Source of the DNA: Sphagnum compactum
Taxonomy: Eukaryota
Assembly (NCBI GenBank): GCA_965153455.1
Contig: OZ234493.1
Coordinates: forward strand, 33,036,213-33,100,212
DNA length: 64,000 bases
Direction: 5' to 3'
Shown here: positions 1 through 11,627 of the stretch, piece by piece
Layout of the letters: every line of letters begins with the position of its first letter
Position numbering within the stretch: position 1 is the first letter of the stretch
Notes under the pieces: generated by a model
The model's input: only the letters and a program-made list of their open reading frames with translations
What the model was told of the DNA's origin: nothing
The model's database searches: none
Translations under genes and position numbers: made by a program

Positions 1-1487
1 TAAATTAAAATTAAGATTTTGATTTCTTTTTTGATGACAACTCTAGCTTTTGAAAAAAATCAAAATCAAAGGACCTTCGGTTGAAGGTTTTGAAAGATTT
101 TAAAAATAAATAATCATTTAAAATAAATTCTCCAAACATTATTACCATTTGACTTGGCCTACCATTAACAAGTACGTACCACCAAATATTAGGACTCACT
201 TGGATCTCTCATCTCCCAAGGCAAATTAGACTTAATAAGCAAATTTTGATGTGGGTTTGGTGATGAAAGTGTCTTTTTTTAACCTTAATTAAATTAGGCT
301 AACTTAACACCGTATTTCCAAAGTTCAAACCTATGGTCCATGAATGATCAACAAGATCCAATAAGTAGAACATTGTTCCATTTTGTATAGAAACATAATT
401 AAGTTTGATGCTCATAACTTTTTTCTCATTACTTGTACTAATTTTTTATGGCAGCTAAACTTTGAGACCTTGACCTAGGTAAGGGGTCAAACCTTACCCG
501 ATTCTCACATCTGAATCAATAATTCAGTTTTCAATCAGGGTATCATTCATACCCTGAGAGGATCAAACTGGGATGCCTGAATGATGCCCAAGAGTATTTT
601 TTATACCCGCCCAAGGGTGATTTTATCCTCGTCAAATCAATAACCTTTTTCTTATTCTATTTGTGTGGAGATTTAACCAATGTTGGTCAGTTCTGGGTTC
701 TTTCTCCAGGTTCAGTTCTGGTTTTAAGAACTGGACCCTTTGGGTTGAAGCTGCTCAAGACCTAGACAAACTGGATGCACACAAACTTGGCTTGGTGAAA
801 GCCCTTGGTTTGGTAGATCGGGCTCAGGGTCCAAAGACCCTTTTCATAAGGTCCAGGTCTAGGTCTAGATAGGGGTGCGCCAAAAGGGAATGTAGTTCCC
901 CAACTTTCAACTCTCAGACCTCCTTCACAATGAGGAACTCTCCCAACCACTAGGCCACCAATTTTTTTTACATAAAACAATATTATTGCTTGTTTAGTTA
1001 AACTTGTTTGCCAACATTTTACAATATTACAAATAGGGCTATTGGATGCCTTCTATTGATTTTTATTCTTTAAAAAACTTTCTTTCTAGTGATTAAGTTT
1101 TTTTTGGTTAATATTATGTTATTAGAAATGTAGTGGTTTAGATAAGGTTTTTGGTAAGGTCTAAATAGGTCTTAGGTTTAGGTTTTGAAACCCTAAAACT
1201 TGAAACCAATCTTGGACAAGGAATAAATGAGTTCTATAAAGACTAAGAGTAAATGCAAGATATGATGACTCACTTTTTGAAAAATACAAGACTTCACACA
1301 AGTTCATTTTATAATGTTAAATTTGTAATTAAGTCTAGTATCATCGATTAGATGGTAATAAATTTCAGGTATAAAAAAAAAAAGTTTATATAATAGGACA
1401 CCAAGTAGAGATTCAAAAAATTGTGTGGAATCATCATTTGACCCCAAAAAAAATTTTAAATTAAAAAAATTATATTAAGGATGTATG

Positions 1488-1890
1488 ATTCAAATATGGT
1501 TCAATTTTGGTCATCATGCAAAATCCCTAGTTAGAACTATACTACAATTGTTGAAAAAAGAATGTCACATAAAAGTAAATGTTTTTTCATGCTACACAAT
1601 ATATCAAATCATTATAAATAATTTGAAATGAAATTAAGTATGAATAAACTTGCCTATATTTTTTGACCTCAAAAAAGTCTAATATTAATATTCAAATATG
1701 GGTCAATTTCGATCATCATGTAGAATCCCCTAGTTAGAATTTGACTACAATTGTTCAAAAAAGAATGTCACATAAAAGTAAATGTTATTTCATGCTACAC
1801 AATATATCAATTCACTATAAATAATTTGAAATGGGATTAAGTATGAATAAACTTGTCCATATTTTTTGACCTCAAATGTTCAATATTAAG
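1488..1890. repeat. Tandem duplication, two diverged copies of a ~202-bp unit, abutting the ccmC NUMT
   Basis: attcaaatatgg...aagaatgtcacataaaagtaaatg...ttttttgacctcaaa starts at 1488 and again at 1690. Confidence 0.85.
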
Positions 1891-1895
1891 AGTGG

Positions 1896-2645
1896 GTGTT
1901 ACTACAACCTTATTTTCTCATGTTATGTCTTTTTCGCTACGCGCAAATTATCATTGGATTTCGTTGGTTTTTAACAGCAATGGCTATTTATCCAAGTATT
2001 TGGGTGGCACCATCTGATTTTCAACAGGGTGAAAATTCTCGCATTATCTATGTGCATGTTCCTGCAGCTCGGATGAGTTTACTTATTTATATTGCAATGG
2101 CTATCAGCAGCGTGTTGTTCTTGCTAACAAAACATCTTCTTTTTCAATTATTTTTCAAAACCAGTGCCAAAATAAGGGCTTTGTTTACATTGTTTATTCT
2201 AATAATTGGAGGTTTTTGGGGGAAACCTATGTGGGGTACCTTTTGGGTGTGGGATGCTCGTTTAACCTCTGTATTAATCTTGTCTTTTATTTACCCAGGT
2301 GCACTGCGTTTTCAAGAGTTTTCTGCGGACGTTGCTTCTATTTTTATATGAATAGGGCTGATCAATATACCAATAATTAAGTTTTCCGTAAACTGGTGGA
2401 ATACATTGTATCAACCTTCAAGCATTAGCCAATTTGGTACTTCAATACATATTTTTATGCCCATTCCAATCTTGTTAATCTCTACTAGCTTCTTCTTTTT
2501 AACTGGGATTTCTTCCATTTTGGAAACACGTCGAATTATTTTATCTTTTTCTGGTTTTTCTGTAAAAAATCAAATAAATTTGCAAAGCAACAATAGAAAA
2601 CAGGTTTTTTTTTATACGAATAAGAAATCGAGTAAAAGCACCTAG
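1896..2645 (+). pseudogene. ccmC: Nuclear copy (NUMT) of mitochondrial cytochrome c maturation gene ccmC, with an in-frame stop
   Basis: CcmC motifs IYVHVPAA, GGFWGKPMWGTFWVWDARLTS and, after an in-frame TGA at 2349-2351, [22 protein letters not shown] in the same frame. GTG in place of the start codon, no introns, nuclear repeat context. Confidence 0.93.
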
Positions 2646-4399
2646 GGAAAGGTTGGCCTGTTTTTATTAGGTTTCAAAACGCAGCTCAAGGTTTAAGAAA
2701 AACAAAGCAGCGCTCCACGTTAGAAAGAGCAAGAAAATCTATTTTTTTACCATACTACTAGATTTCAAAAATATTCAAAAAAATAGATTTTTTTACCAAT
2801 TACAAGCAAAATTGACCGAAATGTATAATGAATTGGTTATATTAAAAATAATCACATAGGTTTCTTCATATTCAAGTTGTTAATCAAGAACCAATTGTCA
2901 ATTAGCAAGTTCAAAATTATGTTACTTGTTGTAAGCATCTCAAAGGAAAGAGTGTACCTCGCCAAAAATGGCATTGAGTTCAAAAATGAACCATCATATC
3001 TTGCATTTGCTCTTAGAACTATTGAGCGGGAAAGTTAACATTCAAACTAGTATAAAATTGGTACAATGGTGATATTACCTTAGGCCCCAACCAAGCTAAT
3101 ATGTACTATCAATGTTACAGTTTATTTTGGGTTGTGTGGATTGGTTGAATAAACTACTTTTTTTTTTAAAAAATTAGTTGTGTGCAATGAAGATGAAATC
3201 AAATCTGATTTTTTAATTGGACTGGATTCCAATTTTGTTAAAATGAAAAAACAAACCTAGAGGTTTTAGAAACCAAAAGAATCGATTTCAAGATCAAACC
3301 GCAAGGTTCATAAAAAACTTTAAAAATTCATAATTGGGAACAAAGGTTCTTTTTATAAGCAAGAAAGTCTATGAGACATAACTAGTTGATACTAGGCACA
3401 AATGTCTATATGAAGCCAACATTGAATTTATCTTCAATCTATTGCAAAAAATGTGTGATAAGGGTCACACTTTGCTTCAAGTGAAGATTTTGAAAATCAT
3501 AACTTGAGATATACAATGAAATATGAGTTTTTTTTTAAGTATTATATTCATTTGAATTAATAATTCAACTTCGAGATCATTTTCTAAATGTAAAGTTTTG
3601 ATACAATTATCTATCATTCATAAAGTTTAAAAGTTTTTTTTTAAATGTTTAGCCTTGCCATGTGACTTGTGCAATATAATGCACTATGCTACAGTGCATA
3701 TGGACTTTTATTTTAATATTAATATGGACTCCACATATGCTAGAAAGTACTACACTTTAATGTGCTTTCATCGTTTTACCCTAAAAGTCAAAGATGAAAT
3801 TTTTAAAAAAAATTAATGTACCATTTTATTGTCCTAACTTGGTCCCAAGGTAGAAAAAAAATACTTGTCAATTTGAAAGGCCAATTTGCAACCCTTGAAA
3901 TAAATGTTGCTACAAGAAAATATAACACATATTTAATTAATTTAGGACTTTACAAAAGTCCGAAAATGCTAACACATAAATTTCAATGTTAAATTTTTGA
4001 GTCTTCAATTGTGAATGACCTAATGGCCACTAAGACAAAGTTTGTTAACCACAAGAAAAAACTTTTGAAGAACTACAAGTTACATTCCAAGTTATACAAA
4101 TTAAACCTTGAAGACACCATGGCAGGTTGTTTAAAAAAAACAAAAAGAATTTGAATGATAAAATTATGAAATACAATTTACATAGATCAAACAAACATTA
4201 TATTCCATATTAGAAAATCCAATTTGAACCTTGAAGTGTGGTGGCCATTAGGCCTAGAACAAGATGAAAAGAAGTTGCAACAATCATGCTTGGCCTCCAT
4301 AATCTCACGCTACATGCAATAGAAATGTGAGATGATCAATTGACAACAACATAACTATTGTGAATTGAAAGGCGAAAGAAAATTATGAATGAAAATTTT

Positions 4400-5300
4400 T
4401 GTACCTTGAACAATATTTCAGCAAAGGCTAGTTGTGTCAAAAAGTACCAAGTTTGGCCTTCCTCTTTGTTCATTGAGTCTACATATTGCTTATTCAACAA
4501 CATGTCCTTGAATTCCTTAAGATTTATCATCCCTATCATGTTGACCTTAAAGATTGTATGAACAAACTTTTGAGTAACATGAGCCTTTTCATTGGACTTG
4601 AAAATGGAAAACAAAATATAAGACATTAAGAAGACCATGGAAAAATAAGTAATAACACAAAATTATGAAGTAAAAGAAATGAAGGTAAGAGATTACTTAC
4701 ATATTGACACTATCCATAAGTGTTTTGAAGCACCTTATATTCTTGATCTCAACATTAAGGACCCATGTGGTTGGACACACATGCCATGTTTCATCATGAG
4801 GGTGCACTTGATTAATGTAAAGCAACCACACCTCAAGTCAATGATTGCCATCCCACACGTGAAAAAGCTTACCCTTCAAGTGTAAAAGGGTTGGTTTTGT
4901 GTCTAGAAATGCTTCAAACTTGTCATTCACAGATCTCCATGGAGAGCTCCAAGACATCTCTTTTTCAAGTGTGACATTTTCAATTTCACCATGAATGTTT
5001 TCTAAAGAAACATTGAAAACTTGAAAACTTGGATGATACCCAACATAGGATTCCTTCCTCATGTTAGTTACGTCAATCTGCGAGGTAGGTCTAACAACTT
5101 GCATTGGAACCATTCTGCAAAAAGGATGTCCATGATCCCATCTTCAATGAGGAGGTTATTAAAAAGAGTATGAACATTATCCACATTTTCACACTAACGA
5201 GCTTGTCGAACATCAAAAGTGGGTGAAGGGGTTTCATATATGTTTTCCATGATGTTGAACATATCATGAGACCAAGTTCCAGAACCACCTTTTTCTGAAT
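4400..5300 (-). pseudogene. Decayed multi-exon gene with a ParB/Srx-like DGNH(R) motif
   Basis: Minus strand reads MDI/FCRMVPMQVVRP...GKLFHVWDGNH*LEVW...KTLMDSVN, with a frameshift near 5120 and a TGA at 4838-4840 where CGA/Arg would fit. A GTAAGT donor follows, then a further exon-like frame SNEKAHVTQKFVHTIFK...GQTWYFL. Confidence 0.55.
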
Positions 5301-5559
5301 AGGGTCTAGAGGAATGCTTATATGGGGTGGCAATTGTCCAGTATCCTACAAAATGTAACAAACAAAACTAGACTTGAGAAATCACACCCTATGTTTTGCA
5401 GATGTTAGGGAAAAAACTAGACTAGATATAAGTTTGCAAGTGATGGAATATGAACTAGAAATAAGATGGAAAGCCCAAAGAAACAAAGCAAATGAAGTTT
5501 CGCTTGTGAAATTAAATAATGTCCCAGAAATTATACTTTAAGAAAGTTATGAAAAGTAA

Positions 5560-5950
5560 ACTGGATCCAATTTCACAAGCGAAACTATTAGGTGTGTGAA
5601 ACTACACAATATAATTCTACAAGTTTCACAAGTGAAACCACCATATTTGCAAAACTATTAGATCAAATTTCACTTGGGAAAGCATTATGGGATTCAGATT
5701 TGCAAGTAAAACATTAGGTCCCTAGAAGTTCCGGATCTAGTTTTGCAAGCAAAACATTAGGTTCATGAAACTTCTGGATTTGGTTTTGCAAGCAAAACAA
5801 TAGGTCTAGGGAACTTCCGGAGCTAGTTTCGCAAGCAAAACAATAGGTCCACATAATTTCCAAATCCAGTTTTGCAAGTAAAGCTATTAGCATGTCCATA
5901 GAACTTTCAAATCTAATGAAATTCATGAAACTAGTTTCGTTTGTGAAACC
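5560..5950. repeat. Degenerate ~41-bp tandem repeats (tttgcaagcaaaacattagg core)
   Basis: Recurrent gttttgcaagcaaaacat/aataggt and ggatcc/tagttt motifs at about 41-bp spacing. Confidence 0.7.
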
Positions 5951-6232
5951 ATAGTTGAAAAGACATATTCATGGAAAGAAAAGAGAAGGAAAAAATGTCT
6001 TACATACCAATAGCTTTTGTTTTCAAATGGCCAAACCACTCTTCAAAGGCATCCTTGCTCTTATTTGTTGTTTTGGAGTTGTGAAATACAATGATTGTCG
6101 ATGCTTTCGTCGTTTCCTTGGGGTATCTAGAGTTCCACAACAACTTGAAGTAGGTTAAAAAAACGTCAAGGAAGTGAGGCAAGAAGAAGTTGGGAAGAGG
6201 GGGCTAAACATAGTGGTTTATAACTTGAATAA

Positions 6233-6260
6233 GGGTTTAGGGTTTAGGGTTTTAGGGTTT
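6233..6260 (+). repeat. Short interstitial plant telomere-like tract (TTTAGGG)n
   Basis: gggtttagggtttagggttttagggttt. A similar shorter tract lies at about 47293-47310. Confidence 0.7.
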
Positions 6261-6449
6261 CAAATGGGTCGTTGGAATTTTTGCAAAAATATACAACAAA
6301 ATTTCAAAAGTTTGTTTCATAGGTATTACAAATTGGTATTTTTTTGTTTAAATTTGTGCCGAAATGTAATCAATGGATGGTTTCAATTTGTGAAATAATT
6401 TTGGCCATTAAATCGTTTGTTTTTTTTCGATTGTGTATATCTTATATAT

Positions 6450-7115
6450 TCATGGACCATTATGATTACAATGACAAGAATGCCAAAATGGGGGGGGGGG
6501 GAAATCAATATAAAATTAGATTTCAGATGTGGGTTGTATTTTGTTATAAATTGCACATATGTTACATAGTGATAAATCATGAAGGCTTGAAAAACAAGAT
6601 GCCAAACACAAAAAAATGAAATGAAGTAAAATATCAAATTTCAGATTTGGGTTAAAGTATATTGTACACATATTAGGTAGGCATAAAAACCATAATTTTA
6701 AAGACAAGAACGTTGAAATGGATAAAATGAAATAAAAAATCAGATTTCAGATTTGGGTTAAATTTTGCTTTATGTTGTACACATATTAGGGAGGCACAAG
6801 GACCATTATAATTTTAAAGGTCCAAGAATGCCAAAATGGAAGAATTTTTGTTTAAAAATCAGATTTTAAATTTGGTTTATATTTTGTTTTAGTTCCACAT
6901 ATATTATATATGCATGGACCATTATGATTTTTAAAACAAAGAATGCCAAAATGGGCAAAATAAATAAACAAATTTTAAAAATCAGATTTCATATTTGGCC
7001 TATATTTTGTTTTAGATTGCATATATTATATAGGCATAGAAGATTATAATTTTAGAGACAAGAATGCTAAAAGAGAAAATTCAAAATAAAATAAAAATCA
7101 AGTGTCAAATTTGGC
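6450..7115. repeat. Degenerate ~115-125-bp tandem repeats, about 5 copies
   Basis: Repeated gaccattat...caagaatgccaaaatgg...aaaatcagatttcagatttggg blocks. Confidence 0.75.
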
Positions 7116-8204
7116 CAATTTGGCCTTTTAGAGGCCTTGGCTTTAGGCTTTAGGCTTTGCCCTTTGCCCCCCTTATCCCCCAACCTACGTGCCTTAGGCC
7201 TTTCTTAAGATGGGTTTCAACTCATGACCTCTTTGGGGGGAAGAGGAAGCCACTTTATCACAAATGTAACAATAACATCCAGTTTGCTAACATTTTGGGA
7301 TCAATAGATTAAATATGGATGAATGTAGATGAATATAATGGATCATGAAAGATGAAATAATACTAAACCATGAGCCTATGTTTATTTCATGGCTCATGAC
7401 TTAGTTGCACTCGATTCCAAAAGTTCACAAAACTACAGTTTTGCTTACACTCAAGTTTCAACATTGAAGGAGAAGCAAACACTAGACCAGTACCAATACC
7501 AAGAGAACTTGTGGCAATGACAATTGGGAGTCTAATATTAGGGTCCTAGCAGAAACCCTAAAAATGAACATCAGACTGGTTTAGAGTCTGAACCTTGGTA
7601 GTTTTAGCTGCTGGGCTTCATTTTGTAAATTTTAGGGTTATTAAGGGGCAACTAGTTTTATAACTTTTTGACATTTAATGGTATTAATATATTCAGTGGT
7701 CAACTTAACTAGGTGCTATGAAGGTTCACAAATGTCCACTAGATGGAAGGAATTTAGTGAATGACATGAGCTTGTTTAACATTAGTGCATACTAGTTCTA
7801 AAACTGCAATCAAACCTAGTGTTAAGCTCCATACTATTTAGTAAGCTAACATTTAGATAATATTAGGTGAAAGAAGTATGACCTAAGGTTTGGTAATTTT
7901 GACTTAAAAACTAATCAACTTTTCTCTTATCTACAAACACCATGAAAAACCAATTTGTTTACCATTGACTTAAAACCCCATTATATCTTTCATATGAGAT
8001 GCTACTTAACATTGTGTTTTTATGTCAAGATATCTATTATTTTTGCAGATTTTACATTAAATTAACATCCATTTAATTTTGACTTAACAACTACTATAAC
8101 ATTAGATGTCACCATAGATTCCACGTAGGACTTGATGTTAATTATAACATTCTTGACCTGAATGCAACAAAATACGTGCCTTTTTCTAAATCACTTCACA
8201 TTAA

Positions 8205-9039
8205 GGGCCACTTTGGACAAGGGTCCAAGGACCAAAAGCATAAGGACCAATTTGAAGGAAATTGAACCTTGAATTAGAACTTTTTTCACACTTTAAAAAA
8301 AAAACTTTCTAAGGTGCAATGAGTGTGTCTAAAGGCTTGAGTTCTCATTCAAGGGTACAATATAAAAAATGTGTGATTAACATGTGAAGGATTATGTTAA
8401 CCTTTGGTAATTCTCTTTTGTTTTCTATTTTTTTACATGGTTTTTTCTAATTTTTTGTTTCTCTTCTTCTTCCTTTTCTAGCTTTTTCACATTTTTCATT
8501 TTCGTCTTTCACCACAATCACCTTTTTTTTTGTGCTTTTGTTTTTGGAATGGGAATTGGTTTAAGGATCTTTTGTAAATCCAAATCCCCTTCCCCTTGGG
8601 AAAATTGACATTTCAACTTTTCATTTTCTGCCCCACCTTCTAATTCACTTTCATTTTGTGCATTTGGAAAGGCTGAAAGTGCATTCCCTTTAGCAACCAC
8701 CTTGAAAGGATCCACAAAACCAGTCATGTCAACTTTATAATTGGTCCAACAACAAGGGTAAACAAAAATAATGAAATAAATAAATAAAAAATGAGCAACA
8801 TTGGACCCTAGTTTACACCTTGGTTTTCCAAACCATGAACTTTCCTTTAAGTTTTTTTTTTTTTTTTGGACCAATTGGTTTTCCTTTCAAAATGATGCCA
8901 TGTAGGTTAAATCACAATTTGATTTGTCTTGGTCCTAAACCCTCATCTAAAGGCATTGGGACCAATTTAAAGGTATTGACCAATAGGAATGTTTGATTTC
9001 ATTGGACCCTGCTATTGGGACCCTTGTTTAAAATAGCCC
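8205..9039. mobile_element. Non-autonomous PIF/Harbinger-type element
   Basis: Imperfect TIRs gggccactttggacaagggtcc / ggacccttgtttaaaatagccc, flanked by TAA (8202-8204 and 9040-9042). Confidence 0.7.
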
Positions 9040-11320
9040 TAAGTGTGATTGTAGCATAAATTGATGATTCAATTATGTATTTGTGAATCTTCAAATTCTA
9101 CCATTGTTTGATTACCATAGTAATCCTTACACACCAAGGTAAGATTCTATTTTATGACAAGGTGAGCAAATGGTGTGCAAATCAACAAATATTATTATGA
9201 AAAATGACAATTACATGAGTTGTATTTACAATATATTTTCTAGACTTTAATGTGTGCATTGATTTTCCAACTACATAAACAAAACAAATGGTGTGGTATA
9301 CCACTACAACATATAAGTGGCAATCCAAGCACACTTACACACTCCCATAAAACACACTTACAAAAAAAATTAGAAAATTATTAAATTGAATACTTGAAGG
9401 TGAAAGCACATTACAAGGGGATCAATTTGGGCAATTTAATGTCATGTGCATAAAGGGTGTATTCACTTTAAGGCGGCTCATTTCCAATGTATGTTCCACT
9501 CCCTAAAAGTCCATACAGTAATGTTGAAATGATAGTCCATTTTGATATCATTAATTTAGTGGGGAATTACATGGTGATTAATGAACTAAAACGTTCATAT
9601 GAAGAATAAACATTCTAAATAATTCTTTACTATACATGTTAAGAAAATAAAAATTGAAATCCACCCAAAAATGATTATGATATGGATTTATGAAAATATG
9701 GCTCATTTTAGGTCAATCAAAAGTCCATAACTTTTTTTTGGTTAAATTTTTTTTAGCAATTTTTTTGCACATATGTTCTTTTTGTTTTAACCTATCATAT
9801 ATTGAATCCCTGTAATATATCCCAAATAAGATTCATACACAAAAATGCATGTATATAGAGGCACAAATAACAAATTAGTTCATTTTTTCAATTTCATAAA
9901 TCTTTTACTATATATTTGGTGTATATATGTTGCATTATTTATAGATGTCTTCTTCATTAAGTTGGAAATCTAAATCTAGTCACAAATTTGGAAAATTATT
10001 GTTTTTATGCCATGTTAATAGCATATAAATGCATGCCACTTTGCAAAAAACTAGATTGTGATGCAAAAAGTGAGCCACCTTTCGTTGCAACCACCCTAAA
10101 ATATACATTTACAAAATCTATTGCATTAAATTTTGGGATTCACTTTTGGTGTTTGGGCTTTATATTATATTTTCACAAAGTTAATGTGATCTAGTATTAT
10201 TTGAAATGAATAAATAAATTTAAAAGATTAAATTCAAGCAATAATGGATATATTTATGGTACATGCAGTATGATAAAGCTTCACATTTTTAAAAAAAATT
10301 ACATTAGGTTTTGGTTTGAATTAGTCAATAAAAAAATGTTTAAAATGAAACATTTAAAAACAGTTCACTTCATATATTTTATCATTTTCCATTTGAAAAT
10401 GATTATTTATCAAAATTTTAATTTAACGTCTATTGTCATCACTTTGAAAAACACTCATTTGTGATATGATAGCCATCAAACTTCACATGATTCCAAAACT
10501 TATTCCAATCATATGGAATCACAATACTTAATACTTGTTACAAATTTTATAAAAACAAAAAATCATTTCATTCATTTTTTGAATATATTTATATTTTTTA
10601 GTATGAACTATGACATATATATTTTTATCACAAACATATTCTAACATCACATCATATGAAAATATATATATATATATATTTTAGTATTTGATTTCTTTGG
10701 GTTTTAACCTACCATGATATGTGAAAACAAAATATGAGAATCATTCCGAATAATGACATAGTTGAAGTTCAAACACAAGAAAACCCCTAAAAAAATAATA
10801 ATATGAAAACAATCTTGACCTGCGCTAATGTGTTTTCACCATTGAATGATTGAAAGATGCACCGACAAAAATAGCTAATGAACAATAATCCAAAGCCTAA
10901 ATCAAAGAAGGTAAACTAGCCAGGGATAGGTAAGGAACCAACCTGGAGTACTAGGTCAAAACTTAAGTAAGTATTAATCTAAACATCTTTAAACAACAAA
11001 ACATCAGAAGAGTAGAACAGGCACTCACGATCGACCGCATTGATCCAAAATTACTAGTTTGACAGCATTAAATAATGGTCAAGCTATTGCCCATTCTCCT
11101 ACAGACGGTGGCTGGCAAGCCTGATAGGACAAGCCAGTCACAGAACCCTGCAGAATAATATATGCATTACAGAGATCATTAGCTTTACATAAACAATTTT
11201 GGAAATGTGCAGCTATTAAACCATTAGCGAATAGAAATTTTCAATTTATTCTAGAAATTGAAAAGGAGAGCTGACCATTATATTAAATTATAGACATAGA
11301 AAAGGACAGGTGATATATAA

Positions 11321-11627
11321 TAGGAAAATTTTAAATTCACACCTTTTTTGGTTAAATTCACACCCTTTCTTCGCGCGTGGTCAAGAAACGCGGCAGACCT
11401 GCAGGCTCTAAGAACAAGACAAGCACGACCAGAGACAAGTCTCACTTTGAATACGTGGAAGGACGCAAGTGTGGGGTCTGTGGTCAATCAGGGCACAACT
11501 CGAGAACTTGCCCGCAGAAGTAATTGAACTCATAAAGGAACATACTCTTAAAGTTTAATCTGCATAAAATCGAACGTGCGAAGGGTGTGAATTTAACCAA
11601 AAAAGGTGTGAATTTAAAAATTTCCTA
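11321..11627. mobile_element. MITE with 47-bp TIRs and a 5-bp TSD (TATAA)
   Basis: taggaaaattttaaattcacaccttttttggttaaattcacaccctt (11321-11367) is inverted at 11581-11627 with 1 mismatch. An empty-site duplicate at about 11672-11725 fixes the boundaries. Confidence 0.9.

Noticed and set aside
1896-2645. Functional nuclear-transferred ccmC, or true mitochondrial sequence
   Set aside because: In-frame stop, His-to-Tyr change, unedited codons, no targeting presequence, and flanks that are nuclear repeats.
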